Below are positions 23,943 through 37,156 of a stretch of 64,000 nt of DNA, piece after piece (positions within the stretch are counted from its first letter, which is position 1; each line of letters starts with the position of its first letter). Made by a program: the position numbers and the translations under genes. The DNA lies in the NCBI RefSeq assembly GCF_963676685.1, contig NC_092344.1, forward strand, positions 88,226,001-88,290,000, given 5' to 3'. The notes below the pieces were generated by a model, which saw only the letters and a program-made list of their open reading frames with translations, was not told the origin of the DNA and ran no database searches. The DNA comes from Mytilus edulis (lineage: Eukaryota).

Positions 23943-26678
23943 ATGTTTGATCCAGAAATAACGATTCCGGCGGACGGGCTTTGCTTTTTATTTTAGTTCT
24001 GCGACGGAAATTAGTCTTGTTGTTTACTATATTATTTCTGAAATCTAGGGCGGTTGTATATAAAGTTTAACATATAAGGACTAATCAACACCAATTGCAC
24101 TAAAAGCAGTGAATGACGATCATGAAATCCGAAAAGTAAGCAGTAACTCAGACCACTTCAACACCCGATTAGATGCTGATTGAAATTAAATGAAATTTTG
24201 AATAGTAATCTACAAGATAATATTCGATATAGGTGTCTTGGTAAATTTAACGAAGATGTGAAATGATAACTTTATTTAAAACTGACTACTTGTTTATCCA
24301 TTACACTCCCATTGTTCTCATAAGGGATGATCATGAATAGTTAAACAAGTCAGTAAATGCTCGTAAATTTCAATCTAAGAATCAAATGCTTTGTTTAATG
24401 TTAGTCCTTAATTTAAGAGTGTAAGTACAACGCCTTTAGATCTTCAATAAATAATCTGTAATTGATGACTGTCTATCACAAAAAAAATGAGTCCCGGCCC
24501 AGAGGATTTCCACAGTGTTATTTGCGTTGATATGGAATTCCATTTTCCCTAATAAAGCTAACGCACATAGACTATACAACTGTATACACATTACCATAGT
24601 CTCGTTGATGCTTATAAAAACCTATTTAAGGTTTCGAGGAACATAACATTTTTAACTGAGCTACACGTCCATTCGACTTAGCTGTATAACAGATAGCAGA
24701 ACAGGAACGTGTCCGCTGATTCAATTCTTTCGTGAGTTCTAATTATAAATCAACTAATAATTAATGACCAGTCCAGTTGCAAATATTTCATGAATGTTAA
24801 GTACGAAAACGCAATTATACGTTGAATGAACGGTTCCATAGGTAAATTTAACTAGGGTTTATGGACACATAACAATGGGTAGTTCACCGGGAGAGGCAGG
24901 GAATCACTGCAAGTTATTAAACGAGCCCCGGCATATGTTTTGGAAGTCATTGTTTTCCATTTTGAGTTGCAAATGTTTTCATTTAGGAAGTGTATTTTAA
25001 TTTTATTTTATCCAATGTTTTATGTGAGTAGAGATGCAATGCATTTGCCTTGTTATTTATTTTCCAGGGTTAAATACTGTAGCTGTAAACAAAATTAAGG
25101 GTGGGGTGAGCACATTTATTTTTTTTCCTTCTGACGAACATGTATTTAGATTTTTTTTTATCTCCTTCCCACTGGTGGTATTATATTTTACCTTTAGTAC
25201 GCCCCGAAATTCCTATATCTCTCGAAAATCCAACTTAACACGGTTGATTGCATGCAATGCAATGGTCCTGAATAGACATACATTAAGGTGAAACACCATC
25301 GAAATTCCATGACGCTTCGATTAAGATTTCATAAATATGTCAAAAGAAAAAAAATCCTATAACGAATCTTGCGTATAATTTGCCAATCGAGCGTACCTTT
25401 CGTCAGTCAAATTGTAAGAAAGATCTATTTTCACTTGAGTGCCTATAGTCTGTTGATATACCTGATTATTAACTTATGCGAAAGTAGAGACCTCAAACAC
25501 TATTTGTCTGATATAACTTGCTTTATAGATATGTCTTCAAACAAGATACTGTTAGATAAGGAACTTAATAAAGATTAATAATTTGGTAATGACCATCTAT
25601 TCGCTCATTCATTGTTTAAAACAGAAGTAACATGTTGCTTTTATTATTTCTGAATAAAAAAAACCTGCTTACTATTTCATGCACTCGAAGCGCTTTTCTT
25701 TGTGTACCTTCATCAGGAACGCATAAGGCAGCATGTTTGATGGTCATTGACCTCAAAATTATAATCAAATCCATCTTATGTAATATTTTGATTTAGGGAA
25801 TTGAAACATTACTCTCTTAGCAATTTTTTAATCTATAAACGGACAATTTACAACCTGTTCGTTATAAATCTTGTCAGCTCCGACGTACCAACCACTGATC
25901 TATCGAGTTCTTCAAACCTACTCTAAAGCATTGTCGTAGGTATAAGAATGTAGGACGACATGACTATATACCAGTAGGTTAAGTACTTTGCGGTTGCCTC
26001 CAGTAACTGTGAGCTTTTTTTGTGCGGTACTGTTTATCATTAAAATTGCTTTTATTTGTGTAAGCTTTAATATCGGTTTCAAAGATTAATGCTTTTCCTG
26101 TTCTGAATTTGACTTTTCGTCCTTTTGTTTAGCCTTTGTTAGTCCATTGATCGAGATGAAAAATGAAAAAACTTCAGGGCATATTTTTGCTATATCGTAT
26201 AATTTGTCATGTTGGGAATTCATTTGATGTTGTTTGTTTAATTTTTGGACAACTTTTTATATTGTGGGTGATTGAGACCAATACATGTTCTAAAGATCAC
26301 TTTATTTCGTTGAAGGCCATACGTTATCGTGTATTTATGTATTGTTCCGTTTGATTGCTGTCTCATTGGTGTAGATCCCACATATTTTATTCATAAAAGG
26401 AAGTGAGGCATCACGAAAATTCAGTTCGGGTAATTACGAGCATGTTTATCATTTATTTGAATCAATTGTAACCTTAACACATGTAAGCTGCTCTCTCGGA
26501 TATAATATAGTATGTTACTAATAATATTTTTGAACTGTAAGACTTGTACGTATTTGAAACACAGTTCTATTAATAATTAGAATTTATTGCATCAGAACTA
26601 CAAATTGGAACAAAAAGAAAGTAAAACTATGTAATGTTTTAACAGAACGGGTCATCATCACTCCATTGGATATTCCCT

Positions 26679-28391
26679 TTATATGCCAGTTTCACCTTGT
26701 TCGGTTTCTCCTGTGGGCATGTCTTGGGCGAGATCAATGTTCTCGTATTCATTCATCTGAGATGATCTAAAAAAAAAAAATAAAAAAAAATGAATTACTA
26801 AATAAAGATTGGAAACTCTTAAAAGGTAAATAGTCTATTATGTTCAGGAGCATACCAGGAGTATAGGGTCCACTAGAAAGCCAACGTTTGGAGCGATACT
26901 TGTAAAAACAACTAAATATTTTTAATTCATGTATCATAAGGGGATCCCTAAACCCGCCCTTGAAGTTAATACTATGTATAACTGTCATAGTGATGAAACT
27001 ATAATTTCAAAGTACGAACAGCAGAGATGAAAAATAATCAAAAATCGAAATTATTTATCGAATGCAAAGGTGATAAAATCGTCTTGTGTGTCTTTTATAT
27101 GTCGTTTACTAGTATACGTGCATTTATTTGTAGAGATAGAGTTAACTAAGAAAGGAGTCCACTGCATATATTTGGAGAGGGATTACATGAGAACATCTTA
27201 AATAGTTTAATATAGCTCTTAGAATTGTTATGTACGGCAAGACATCTCATTTATCATTGGCTAATTCAATAGAACTAAAAGAGGGAGATTAAACAAATTA
27301 CATTGACAATACGACCTCACTTACAAATAAACAAATTACATTTACAATACGACCTCACTTACAAATTGTGTCAACTGATGTATGCATACACTATTTATCA
27401 TAATTCATAAGGCAGCCGAAAAGTTAAATATTTAGTATTACTTAAACATACCCTTCATTTTCTGGGAATTGCATGGTATGCTCACTGCCACAACGGAAAC
27501 ATTTGCAGTAGCATCGTCCTCTAAAACTGGCTGATGCCCAACCTTTACATCTTCTGCCTGCACATTTAGCTTTACATCTGGAAGCACAACCTGCTTCTGA
27601 CTCATGAACTTAAAGAAAACAAAACATAGATGTATTAACGAAATATGGTAATATTGCAGGGGATTGTTACCAAATGCATTACAAATCCATAAATGTTTGG
27701 CTATTTTAACTGTCATTATGTTTCGACCATTTTCTTAGCACTATTTTTTTATTTAAAGTATTTATCATTGAAGAAGCGATACGCACGGCAGGAAGAATAG
27801 CATAAACTTAAAAAAAGAATATTTATTACTTATTATCGCTGGTAAAGTCTTCATTCGCAGAGATATATAATATTTGTTTATATAATTTTGATAAACGTTA
27901 TAAGTCTACATAAACTTTAATTGAAAATGATATGTCTTGACAAAAACAATGGTTTGATACAATGGAGGAACATTAAGGTTTTGGTCATGGAAGCATGAAT
28001 TAACGTAACAGGATTGATATATAACATAATCATAAAACGTTTCAATACTTCCAATTTGGTATAGTCGGTTTTTTCTCCGACTTATATATTTCATTGTAAA
28101 GTTTGTTTCTTTTTACACGCTTTTATCTATTCATCAAGTCACAGTTAAGTTCTTTCTTTCATTCACTGATTTGTTCATATTACGCGTCCCTATGAACACT
28201 CGTATTCCAATCTGTTGTATCACATCTTTTGCGCTGTCGTTCTTTGTAGATAAAATAAAACGCAGACATGACATAACATTTTACTCAGCTTTTGAAAAGT
28301 TAAAATGTCATTTAATTATAGATACCCAAATTATGTACATACCTATAAGAAGTACTGCAAGAGCAATAGCCAGGATAACTGCTACCTTCAT
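26679..28391 (-). CDS. MytA: Mytilin A (A/D locus) precursor (97 aa), coding exons 28391-28343, 27608-27452, 26766-26679
   Basis: Spliced product MKVAVILAIALAVLLIVHESEA-GCASRCKAKCAGRRCKGWASASFRGRCYCKCFRC-GSEHTMQFPENEGSSQMNEYENIDLAQDMPTGETEQGETGI. The mature peptide equals recalled mytilin A (mytilin D recalled as FRRRC). GT/AG junctions, with an AAG acceptor for exon 3; AATAAA at 26588-26583. Confidence 0.96.
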
Positions 28392-28835
28392 ATTAGATCT
28401 ACAGTTACGTTGATATCAATCTGAAATTGGAAGGGCTGTTACATCTTTGTCAAAAAAGATAAGCAATGCAAAAAGGAAGCACAAAGAATGATAGATTTTA
28501 AAACATTAGACTCTTTGGATGTAACAAGTACTAAATATAGCAAATAAACAAAAAGACTTAAGAAAACGTTAAAGTACAGAATTTAAAAAGTCATTTTTGT
28601 TTTAAAGCATAAATGTGATTTTCTACACCTGACTTTGAGATTATAAATTTAGAATACAGGTGAATAAATTATTCAGCTGATCTTAGAAATTCTGCATGTT
28701 CAATTTGTTTTACGTTTCAGGGCTGACTAGTTGAAAAGGTAAGATATAATCTTTTCTAAAGATTGTTACGTTTTGATTATTATAAAATCGCCGTTACGAT
28801 ACATTAATACAGTTTACTTTGATAAAGTTACCTAC

Positions 28836-29013
28836 CTTATGTATATAGTTCAGCAAGTCAGCAGGATGTGAAAGTAAATAGACAAATTAGCGGTTTTTAT
28901 AGTATTTGAATCAGATATAACGATTCCGGCGGACGGGCTTCGGTTTCTATTTTGGTGTCTACGACGGAAATTCGACTTGTTTTCGTAGTTTTTTTTCTAA
29001 AATCTAGGGCGTT
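28836..29013 (-). promoter_or_regulatory. Non-coding exon 1 and core promoter of mytilin A/D
   Basis: Donor AAG|GTAGGT at 28836/28835; TATAAAA at 28901-28895; TTCCGGCGGACGGG and AAATCTAGGGCG blocks. Confidence 0.8.
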
Positions 29014-31279
29014 GAAATATTAAGTTGAACATAGAAAACACATTAAAAATAAACGTTTATAATAAAAACAATTCATCGTGTTAAAAGCAAAACTTTGACC
29101 TATAATTGTTAACGTATTATACATTACAATTTGTTGTCCCATTGACACTCATTCCAAATCTTCGTATGTATATCCACGAACGAGATTGAAACAATGAGCA
29201 TTATTTTGGATTACTTGCGATATTCGTTATCTTTCTATGAAGACTCTTAGTAACATTTGTAAATTTGAAGAAAGTAAATAAAAATAAAATATAAAGGGAC
29301 TGCAATCTTTTAATCAAAGATCAGAACAAAGGCATGCTGAATAAAACATTAAAAAAACCCAAATAATACACATAAATTAGAAATATTAGGACAAGACAAA
29401 TCGAATCTCACTAAAACTAGAGAATGATCTGAAGTTAACCGAATAAACTCATCATAGATACCAGAGTTGAAATTTATTACACGCATGTTTCGTCTACAAA
29501 AGAATCACCAGTGAGGCTCGAATCAAACAAGTTAAAAAGCCCAAATACAGTACAAAGTTGAAGAGCTTTTTAAGACCAAACATTCCTATTTTTGTTTCCA
29601 AATACAGCTAAGGTAATCTTCTCCTGAGGTATAAAAGCCTTAGTATTTCATATATGAAAAACAAGTCAGTAACTCTGTTCCGTTAAACACCTGATGAATT
29701 GCTGATCGGACATGTAGGATTTCTTATCAAAGTAATATATACAATATAATTTCACGTGTCTCGGTTAAATTAACAAAGATGTGAATAGATATTTATTCAT
29801 TATCAAAAACTTCATTCATTACACATCAATTGTACATAAATAGTTACTATTCTTAGTTATAAATACCAAACTAAAATTCAAGGAAAATATTTTTTTCAAC
29901 TGTGATACACGTCTTTTCGAGTCGACCCTGTCGTTTTGAATGATTATATCACATGAGACACAGGAACAAAACCGCAACGGTTTGTGGACAAACAACTAGA
30001 AGAAATTAATTTCTGTCTTATTTAGTTCCTTTAATAATTTATAATATCAATTCACTAAGAAGCAAACAACTATGTCAACAAGGAAATTCAAATGACATAT
30101 AGGCTCTCTTTAAACAAATCACGTACTAGTAATATAAAACGAAAGACAAAAATATAAAAAAGACCATAGCACAATAACGCAATGGCGGGATGCATAAATA
30201 CCGAGCCACGCGAAAAAGGTTAAAATAAAGAAAACCAAAGAGAAATAAACAAAAACCTATAACACAAAATTAAGATCATAAACAACGTCAGTACCTAGAT
30301 TTATACTGTAATGCTAATATATGCACTTAACAATATGTAAAGTTCTAATTTATATCAATTTTCAGTAAATACAGTCGTTATTAACATCATTTCTTTTCGG
30401 TGAGGTTCGTGTGGCTCAGTCTTTAGTTTTTTATGTTGTGTTTTGTATACTGTTGTTTTTTCTTATGATCTTTTTTCTTTTTTGCCATGGTGTTATGAGT
30501 TTGAATAACACTTGGGTATCTTTTGTTTCTCTTATATATAGAAGTACCACGACAAGTGTCACTTTAAAGCAGGATCTGCTAAATTTTACGAAGCACATGC
30601 CATCCGCCACGTTGTAGAAAAAATAATTTGTTGCCCAGTTTTTGATGTTCGATCTTATGTTTTGTAGACTGTTATTTGCCTTCTGGTCGTTTTTCGATTA
30701 AAAAAAAAATTCTACAGTTGAGATTGAATGTCCGTATGGTATTATTTGCTTCTCTTTAAAATGTAGATAAGTAACGTTCTATCGTCTATGCCCAACACTT
30801 TAAATGACGAACAATACCGTATTCAGAACGCAACACAATATTTCGAACAATATGCTTCACAAGGTAAATAAGAGAATGTACAATGAAATTGAAACGTTGA
30901 AAGAACTAACCCGAAATCGACCAAAAAAGTTGTAAATACACAAGTGCAAGCAAAACAAAATCAGAAAGGATAAAATCTACTAAAGAATAGCTCAACGTGC
31001 TTAACCTGCTGATTTGAAATCATGTCAAGCTTTAAACTAATATTTTTATATTATATATTAACTCAATTATTACGATATTTCTAGATGGTATGCAAGTCCA
31101 AAATTCTTTACAAAAACACAACAATAGCGTTTAATATACAGGCCATCATATTCTCTGAAAATAAGTAAAGCACCATTATATCAGATAAGGTATAACAAGT
31201 CTTTAGAAAACTAATTGTATAAGTTAACATTTATCAGGAAGAACATCATTGTTCTACTTCAGCAATACAAATATTTGTG

Positions 31280-31789
31280 GTATAAGTCAGGGTCGGCTAA
31301 TTGCACCCTACAAGCCCTCTTCCAAAAAAAAAATAAGAATGAAGAAAAATTGAAAAATTTCAAAAGAAAGTATCTAATAGCATTTGAAAGTTGGCCGTTG
31401 AATAAAGCATGTCCAAAAACTATCGTCACTTAATCATTCCATTTATATGTTACTGTACTTTTACAGTATAAGTTAGGGTAGGCCAATTGCACCCTACAAG
31501 CTCTCTTCCAAACTATCAGCAATTGAAAGTTGACCGTTGAATAAAGCATATCCAAAAACTATCGTCACTTAATCATTCCATTTATATGTTACTGTACTTT
31601 TACAGTATAAGTCAGGGTAGGCCAATTCACCCTACAAGCTCTCTTCCAAAAAAATTAAAATGAAGAAAATTTGAAAGATTTAAAAAGAAAGTATCTAATA
31701 GCAATTGAAAGTTGACCGTTGAATAAAGCATGTCCAAAAACTATCGTCACTAAATCATCCCATTTATATGATACTGTACTTTTACAGTA
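31280..31789. repeat. Three tandem copies of a ~185-bp unit (middle copy 139 bp)
   Basis: Units start GTATAAGT(C/T)AGGGT at 31280, 31466 and 31605. Confidence 0.88.
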
Positions 31790-32439
31790 AGCATAGTACC
31801 CTTGTCCTAATACTCGTATTTGTTTACTTGTTATGTTGACCCGGTTATTTGATGTTATTGAGCCAATAAGTTTCCGATTGGGAGGAAATAAATGTTTCTG
31901 AACAAACAAATTGTATCCGGATAAGTAAATACGCAGTTTATAAGCTTTGTATATTTATGCCCTTTTAAAATCGATATATGACAAATGCTAGATGTTAAAG
32001 AATGAAACTTCAGTTCCTGGAAACAATTAGTCTTAGCAAGGAAATACCGAGATTATAGGTCTATCTCCCGCAGTGAAACAAAGTTTATTGTTTCTAAAAT
32101 ATCAAAAATTTTGCATCTTTGCAGCTGTATATTTTTTTTGAACAACTCTACATGGACCAGCGCATATTTCAATAGCATTTTAATCTTTGTAGAGCATAAA
32201 GTTTATTACTGAAAGTCTCCATCGACTGCAGCAAACATTTTATTATCAAAGAAGTTTCAGTGCACAATTAATATTCATCCCAATAACTAAGTATTAAATT
32301 AAAACTGTAATTCATAATTTTTTTAGTAGAAAACATTTTCAGATATCTTAGATATATAATACAAGTTAAACGAAAGAAAATAGAATATTAACAAACGTCC
32401 GATCAGAATATATCATCGTCTCTTCATAAATCCGCATCC

Positions 32440-34390
32440 TTACATCACAGTTTCACTTTGCTTGATTTAACCTTTCTGCATGTCCTGTAATTGGTCAGTG
32501 TTCTCGTGGTCTTTTTGTCTGTGCTTGCATCTCAGATGGTAAGGAGATAAAATATGATAAATAACAAAATGGAGGAATAAATAGAATTTCAATATCATAA
32601 CACTGAGGATGTCGAAGTAGAAATCATAGCCTTTTACTGTCAGCCATTCTCTCTTTTACCCTTATCAAGACTATTGTCAGATCTGTTCATGATAGGTTTT
32701 ACTGACATGGTGTGGTGAATTTAACATGTTGCAAAATCAACATAATTCTAAAAACCTACAAACTGATGTATGCTTATAATATTTACCAATGTAAAGCAGG
32801 CAGTCAAAACTACATAATTGATAAATGTTTTACTAGTAATTTTAACAGGCCCTTAATTTTCAGAGAATTTTATGGTACGCTCAATGGCACAACTGAGACA
32901 TCTGCAGTCACAGGACCATACATAACTGACTGCCAATTTTATATACAGCGTCTGGCCGTCCATTGGTATTTACAACTGGAAGCACAACTTGCATTTGCGT
33001 CTTGGACTTAAACAAAATATCATAGATGTAATGTATGTATAAAAAAGAAAATGTGGTAAGATTGCCAATGAGACAACTGTCTACAAGAGACCAAAATGAC
33101 ACAGAACTATAGGTAACCGTACGTTATTTGTTATTATTTCAATGTATTTTTCATTCATGTTGAAAAATCCCATGTATTTCATTCATATTCAATTATGTGT
33201 GTACTTTTTTAAAGTGTTTTTTTAATTTTTTTATGATACGAACAGGATAACAAATACAAATACAATTGTCATTTGATTTCTGGACTTTCTGTTCTTTTTC
33301 CTCGGAATTCGGTAATTTTGTTATTTTACCTTTTAACAAAAAGGGGGTAAATTTTTGGGAAACCAATTGTTAACTAGAAATAAATTAAATTCGTTTTAAA
33401 AAAAAGTTTAAGTTATACAAAAAATATTGTAAAAAGTATTGTTATATCATACTTGATAACGTTAAATTATTAGCAAGCTAAAGTTAACATTTAGGAGACG
33501 TGATATGAAACAACAAGACAACAGTACAACAGAGATCAAAGGACCAAAATTGTATTAAATTAAAATGAATCATCAATTTGTTTAATCCTTGCATATGTAT
33601 CCGTCGGCCTTTTAAATTTTTTTTTTTATTATTAAACAATTATAAACTAGGAGCTACTATATTGGTAGTTCTGTTAAATACGGTTATTTGTCTTGGCAAT
33701 CATCCCCATCTTTTCATTTTAATTTAGGAAATATTTCTCTGCTTTTTTAAATGTTTATCAGTCATTAATTTGTTTAAATAAAATTATATCCCTATAAGAT
33801 GTACTGCAAGGCCAATAGCCAGAATAACTGTTACCTTCACATTGGATCTTAATATGGTACCATAAAATTAGACGAGAAAAACAATACAGTTAACTATAGG
33901 GTAATATCAAGAACGAAACTTTGTAAACTATAACCTCAAAACAAAATTCAAATGAATTTAAGAGGAACATGTGTTTATGTATGTTTAACCAAGTCAGGAA
34001 TATAATAGTTCTTGTCCATTCGTTTTTGATGTGTTTTATTATTTGATTTTGCCATGTGATTATGGACTTTCCGATTGGATTTTCCTCTAAGTTCAGTATT
34101 TTTGTGATTTTACTTTTTAAAGCATTGCTGAATTTAATAACATTTGGAAAGAGTGTTATTTCATAACTATTAAAAGTAATAGATGTATCAAGCAAGCTTT
34201 GCAATATTGTTTGTACAATATACTTTTCTTATTCATTGAAATGATCAAAATCAAAATATAATCACCCTTTTTTTCATAATGATACAGTGATACGATTTTA
34301 TTTTTACAAAGTCACCTACCTTGTATAATTATTTCAGCTACTCAGCAGGATCAATTAAAGGAACACTAATTTGCAGTTTTTACACATAGG
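32440..34390 (-). pseudogene. Decayed mytilin C-like pseudogene (exon remnants 33840-33792, 33006-32851, 32540-32440; exon 1 ends 34320)
   Basis: Start ATG is changed to GTG (33840-33838) and the exon 2 donor to GG. Exon 3 reads QDANASCASSCKYQWTARRCI* (TAA 32941-32939), followed by a 1-nt deletion and a second stop; its donor is GC. The exon 4 acceptor AG is lost and the exon is frameshifted. The TATA box is changed to TGTAAAA. Exons and flanks align best to mytilin C. Confidence 0.93.
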
Positions 34391-35744
34391 TTAATAAATG
34401 ACATTTCGTTGTTAAGTTGGTGTTACGAATTTGCGTATTTCCTTTACTGCATACTTTCAAAAAGTCACGGTCAATATTTTACTACGTTATTTATATAAGA
34501 TGTAAACCATAGTGGCAGTTTATTCTTACGTTATTTTCGATTAATGAGTCTGAATGTACCTTTTGTATCTTTCACCCCTCTCTATGCTGTTACAATACTG
34601 TTCAATGTTTGGAGACGGGTTGATCCCTTAAGCTTATAATCATGTTTTATCTCAACCAGGTTCTTTATGTGCATGTCTCAAGTTTGCAGTCTGTTATTTA
34701 GTGATTGCGGGTTTTTTTGTCCGTTATATTTGTCCGTTATATTTTTTTTAAATTTTTTTTCTTTTTTTTTTATATAATTCAGGCTATTGGTATTCTTGTT
34801 TGAATTTTTACGTACTTGTCATGTCTGGCGTTTTATAGTTAGCCTTACGGTATGGGTTTTGCACATTGTTGAAGGTCGTTATTGACCTACAGTCGCTTAC
34901 ATCAAGGTCATGTGGACTCGGACTTCTTCAAAACAAAGTTTAACTCTTCGTGCTGCTGTGTTTATTTATTCTACATTGACTAGAGGTAATGAGAGAGTAT
35001 TTGGATCACACAAAACAGGGTTATCCCCCCGTATTCTTGCGACTGCCCCAAATCCGGAGTCTTTTAATGTTGTTATTAAACGTTTTAATTCATTTGTGTT
35101 TTTGAGTTTAGTGTACATTTTTGTTGAACCGTAGGGTGTTTTCTGCTCTTTGTTCTGGTTTATTGAATAATTCATATATAACACACACAACTAAAAACTT
35201 AAAAAGAAACCTTAAATATCGGAAATACAATACTCGGACTAAGCAAAATAAGGACAATTTCCAAAAAAAACCAAACCAGAACAATAACCGTCGTTTTATG
35301 CTATCGTTCTCGAGAATAGTTCAACAAAAGTTCCCTTAACAAGAGTTTAAATCATTTTAAATCAGAGAAAAGTATGAAGACACATAACTTAAACAACACG
35401 AATGCATATTTAAGTAGAGACATTATATATTGATGTCGGTGCATCTGTTTGTTCGTCCGTCCGCCATATTACAAGTTGAAATAGTGATTTTAGGAAAGTT
35501 AGTTTTTTATGGAGTTAATAAATTTTATTTAAGATTTAATAACAGTGGGATCTTTATGATATGAACTTTTTACAATATTCGAGAAAATCAAACACATAAA
35601 CGAATAGAAAACAACTGTAATTTTCCTGACTCGGTACAGGCATTTGCCCGTCTGAAAGAGACGTTTTTTGTGTACATATACGACATTAAAGGATACATTA
35701 AAATACATGAATTAAAAAAGGCTCATCTCATCATAAACAAACAT

Positions 35745-36137
35745 CTGGCGTACTAAATTATAATCCTGGTACCTTTCAGAACTATTTACACCACTGGGTC
35801 GATGCCACTGCTGGTGGACGTTTCGTCCCCGAGGGTATCACCAGCCCAGTAGTCAACATTTCGGTGTTGACATGAATATCAATAATGTGGTCATTTTTAT
35901 AAATTTCCTGTTTACAAAACCTTGAATTTTACGAAAAATTAAGGATTTTCTTATCCCAGGCATAGCTTACCTTAGCCGTATTTGGCACCACTTTTTGGAA
36001 TTTTGGATCCACAATGCTCTTCAATTTGTTCTTGTTTGGTTTTATAAATATTTTGATATGAGCGTCACTGATGAGTCTGATGTAGACGAAACGCGCGTCT
36101 GGCGTACTAAATTATAATCCTGGTACCTTTGATAACT
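35745..36137 (+). mobile_element. Complete retrozyme monomer (354-nt period) with terminal direct repeat
   Basis: CTGGCGTACTAAATTATAATCCTGGTACCTTT occurs at 35745 and 36099; intact hammerhead at 36062-36105. Confidence 0.85.
36062..36105 (+). ncRNA. Type I hammerhead ribozyme, intact core
   Basis: GCGTCA-CTGATGA-GTCT-GATGT-AGAC-GAAA-CGCGC-GTC-TGGCGT. Confidence 0.87.
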
Positions 36138-37156
36138 AATTAATCCGAGGTTCAGTGTTTATGGAGAACCACGATCTCTGCACGATAAAGATCCTTCTCA
36201 GCAAACTCTTTTTGTGGTCTATAAGTGACCAGTTGTTTGGAAAATTTATTTCATACTGGTTTTGGCTTTGATATATTTTTCTGAGGTTTAAAATTTCACT
36301 ATCTGGTAATTTGGTGTTCATGGTTTAACTTTTGTTTATGATGAGATGAGCCTTTTCAATTTATGTATTTTAGTGTATCCTTTAATGTCGTATATGTACA
36401 CAATTGTTTCAGGTTAGAGTGAAGGTTGGCGCTAGATGAAAAGTTCAAACCCGCTGCATTTATATGTACTTTTCCTATGTGATGAACCTAATTTTCAGTA
36501 GTTGTTGATTGTTGATGTGGTATATAAGTGTTTCTCAATTTTATACAGATGAGAACATTGGTTTTCCTGTTTGAATGGATTTACATTTGTTATTTTGGAG
36601 CCACTTATAGCTTGCTACACGGTGTGAGACTAGGCTTCGCGTTGAAGGTCATACTTTGACTTATAATTGTTTTCTTTTACAATTGTGACTTGGATGGATA
36701 ATTTCCTCATTTGCATTCATACTTCATCTCCTTATATATATTACCTTATGAATAAAAGGTGAATTAAATCTGGTTTTACAGCTTATTAAACAACCTCTCC
36801 CATAAATAACAGTGGCATACAATTCTTTTATATTGAACAATGTGAGAGGAAAACAAACAGACTTAATTGGTGAACATTTGTGATAATGCGAGTTGATGGT
36901 GTCCTACGGTCAGATACTTTTACTTAAGTCTGATATATCATTATTGAAAGCATATTATACATGTCTCGATCAAAACAAATAATGAATTGTGTATGTTTGT
37001 ATGAATATAACATACATTTGCTATAACAGACAAATGGCCCTTTTATAGAGCTGTGAGTAGGTTTGTATGACTAAATCAGTATTTTTCATATGCATTTTGG
37101 GTCCTAAATGCTCTTCAACTTTGTACTTGTTTGGCTTTAAACCTATTTTGATCAGA

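Noticed and set aside
27291-27366. 38-bp tandem duplication in mytilin A intron 3
   Set aside because: Ordinary slippage duplication with no effect on splice sites.
27438-27716. 92-aa minus-strand ORF over mytilin A exon 3 (also plus-strand ORFs 13266-13493, 28171-28413, 32712-33011, 39523-39729)
   Set aside because: Wrong-frame or antisense shadows of mytilin exons.
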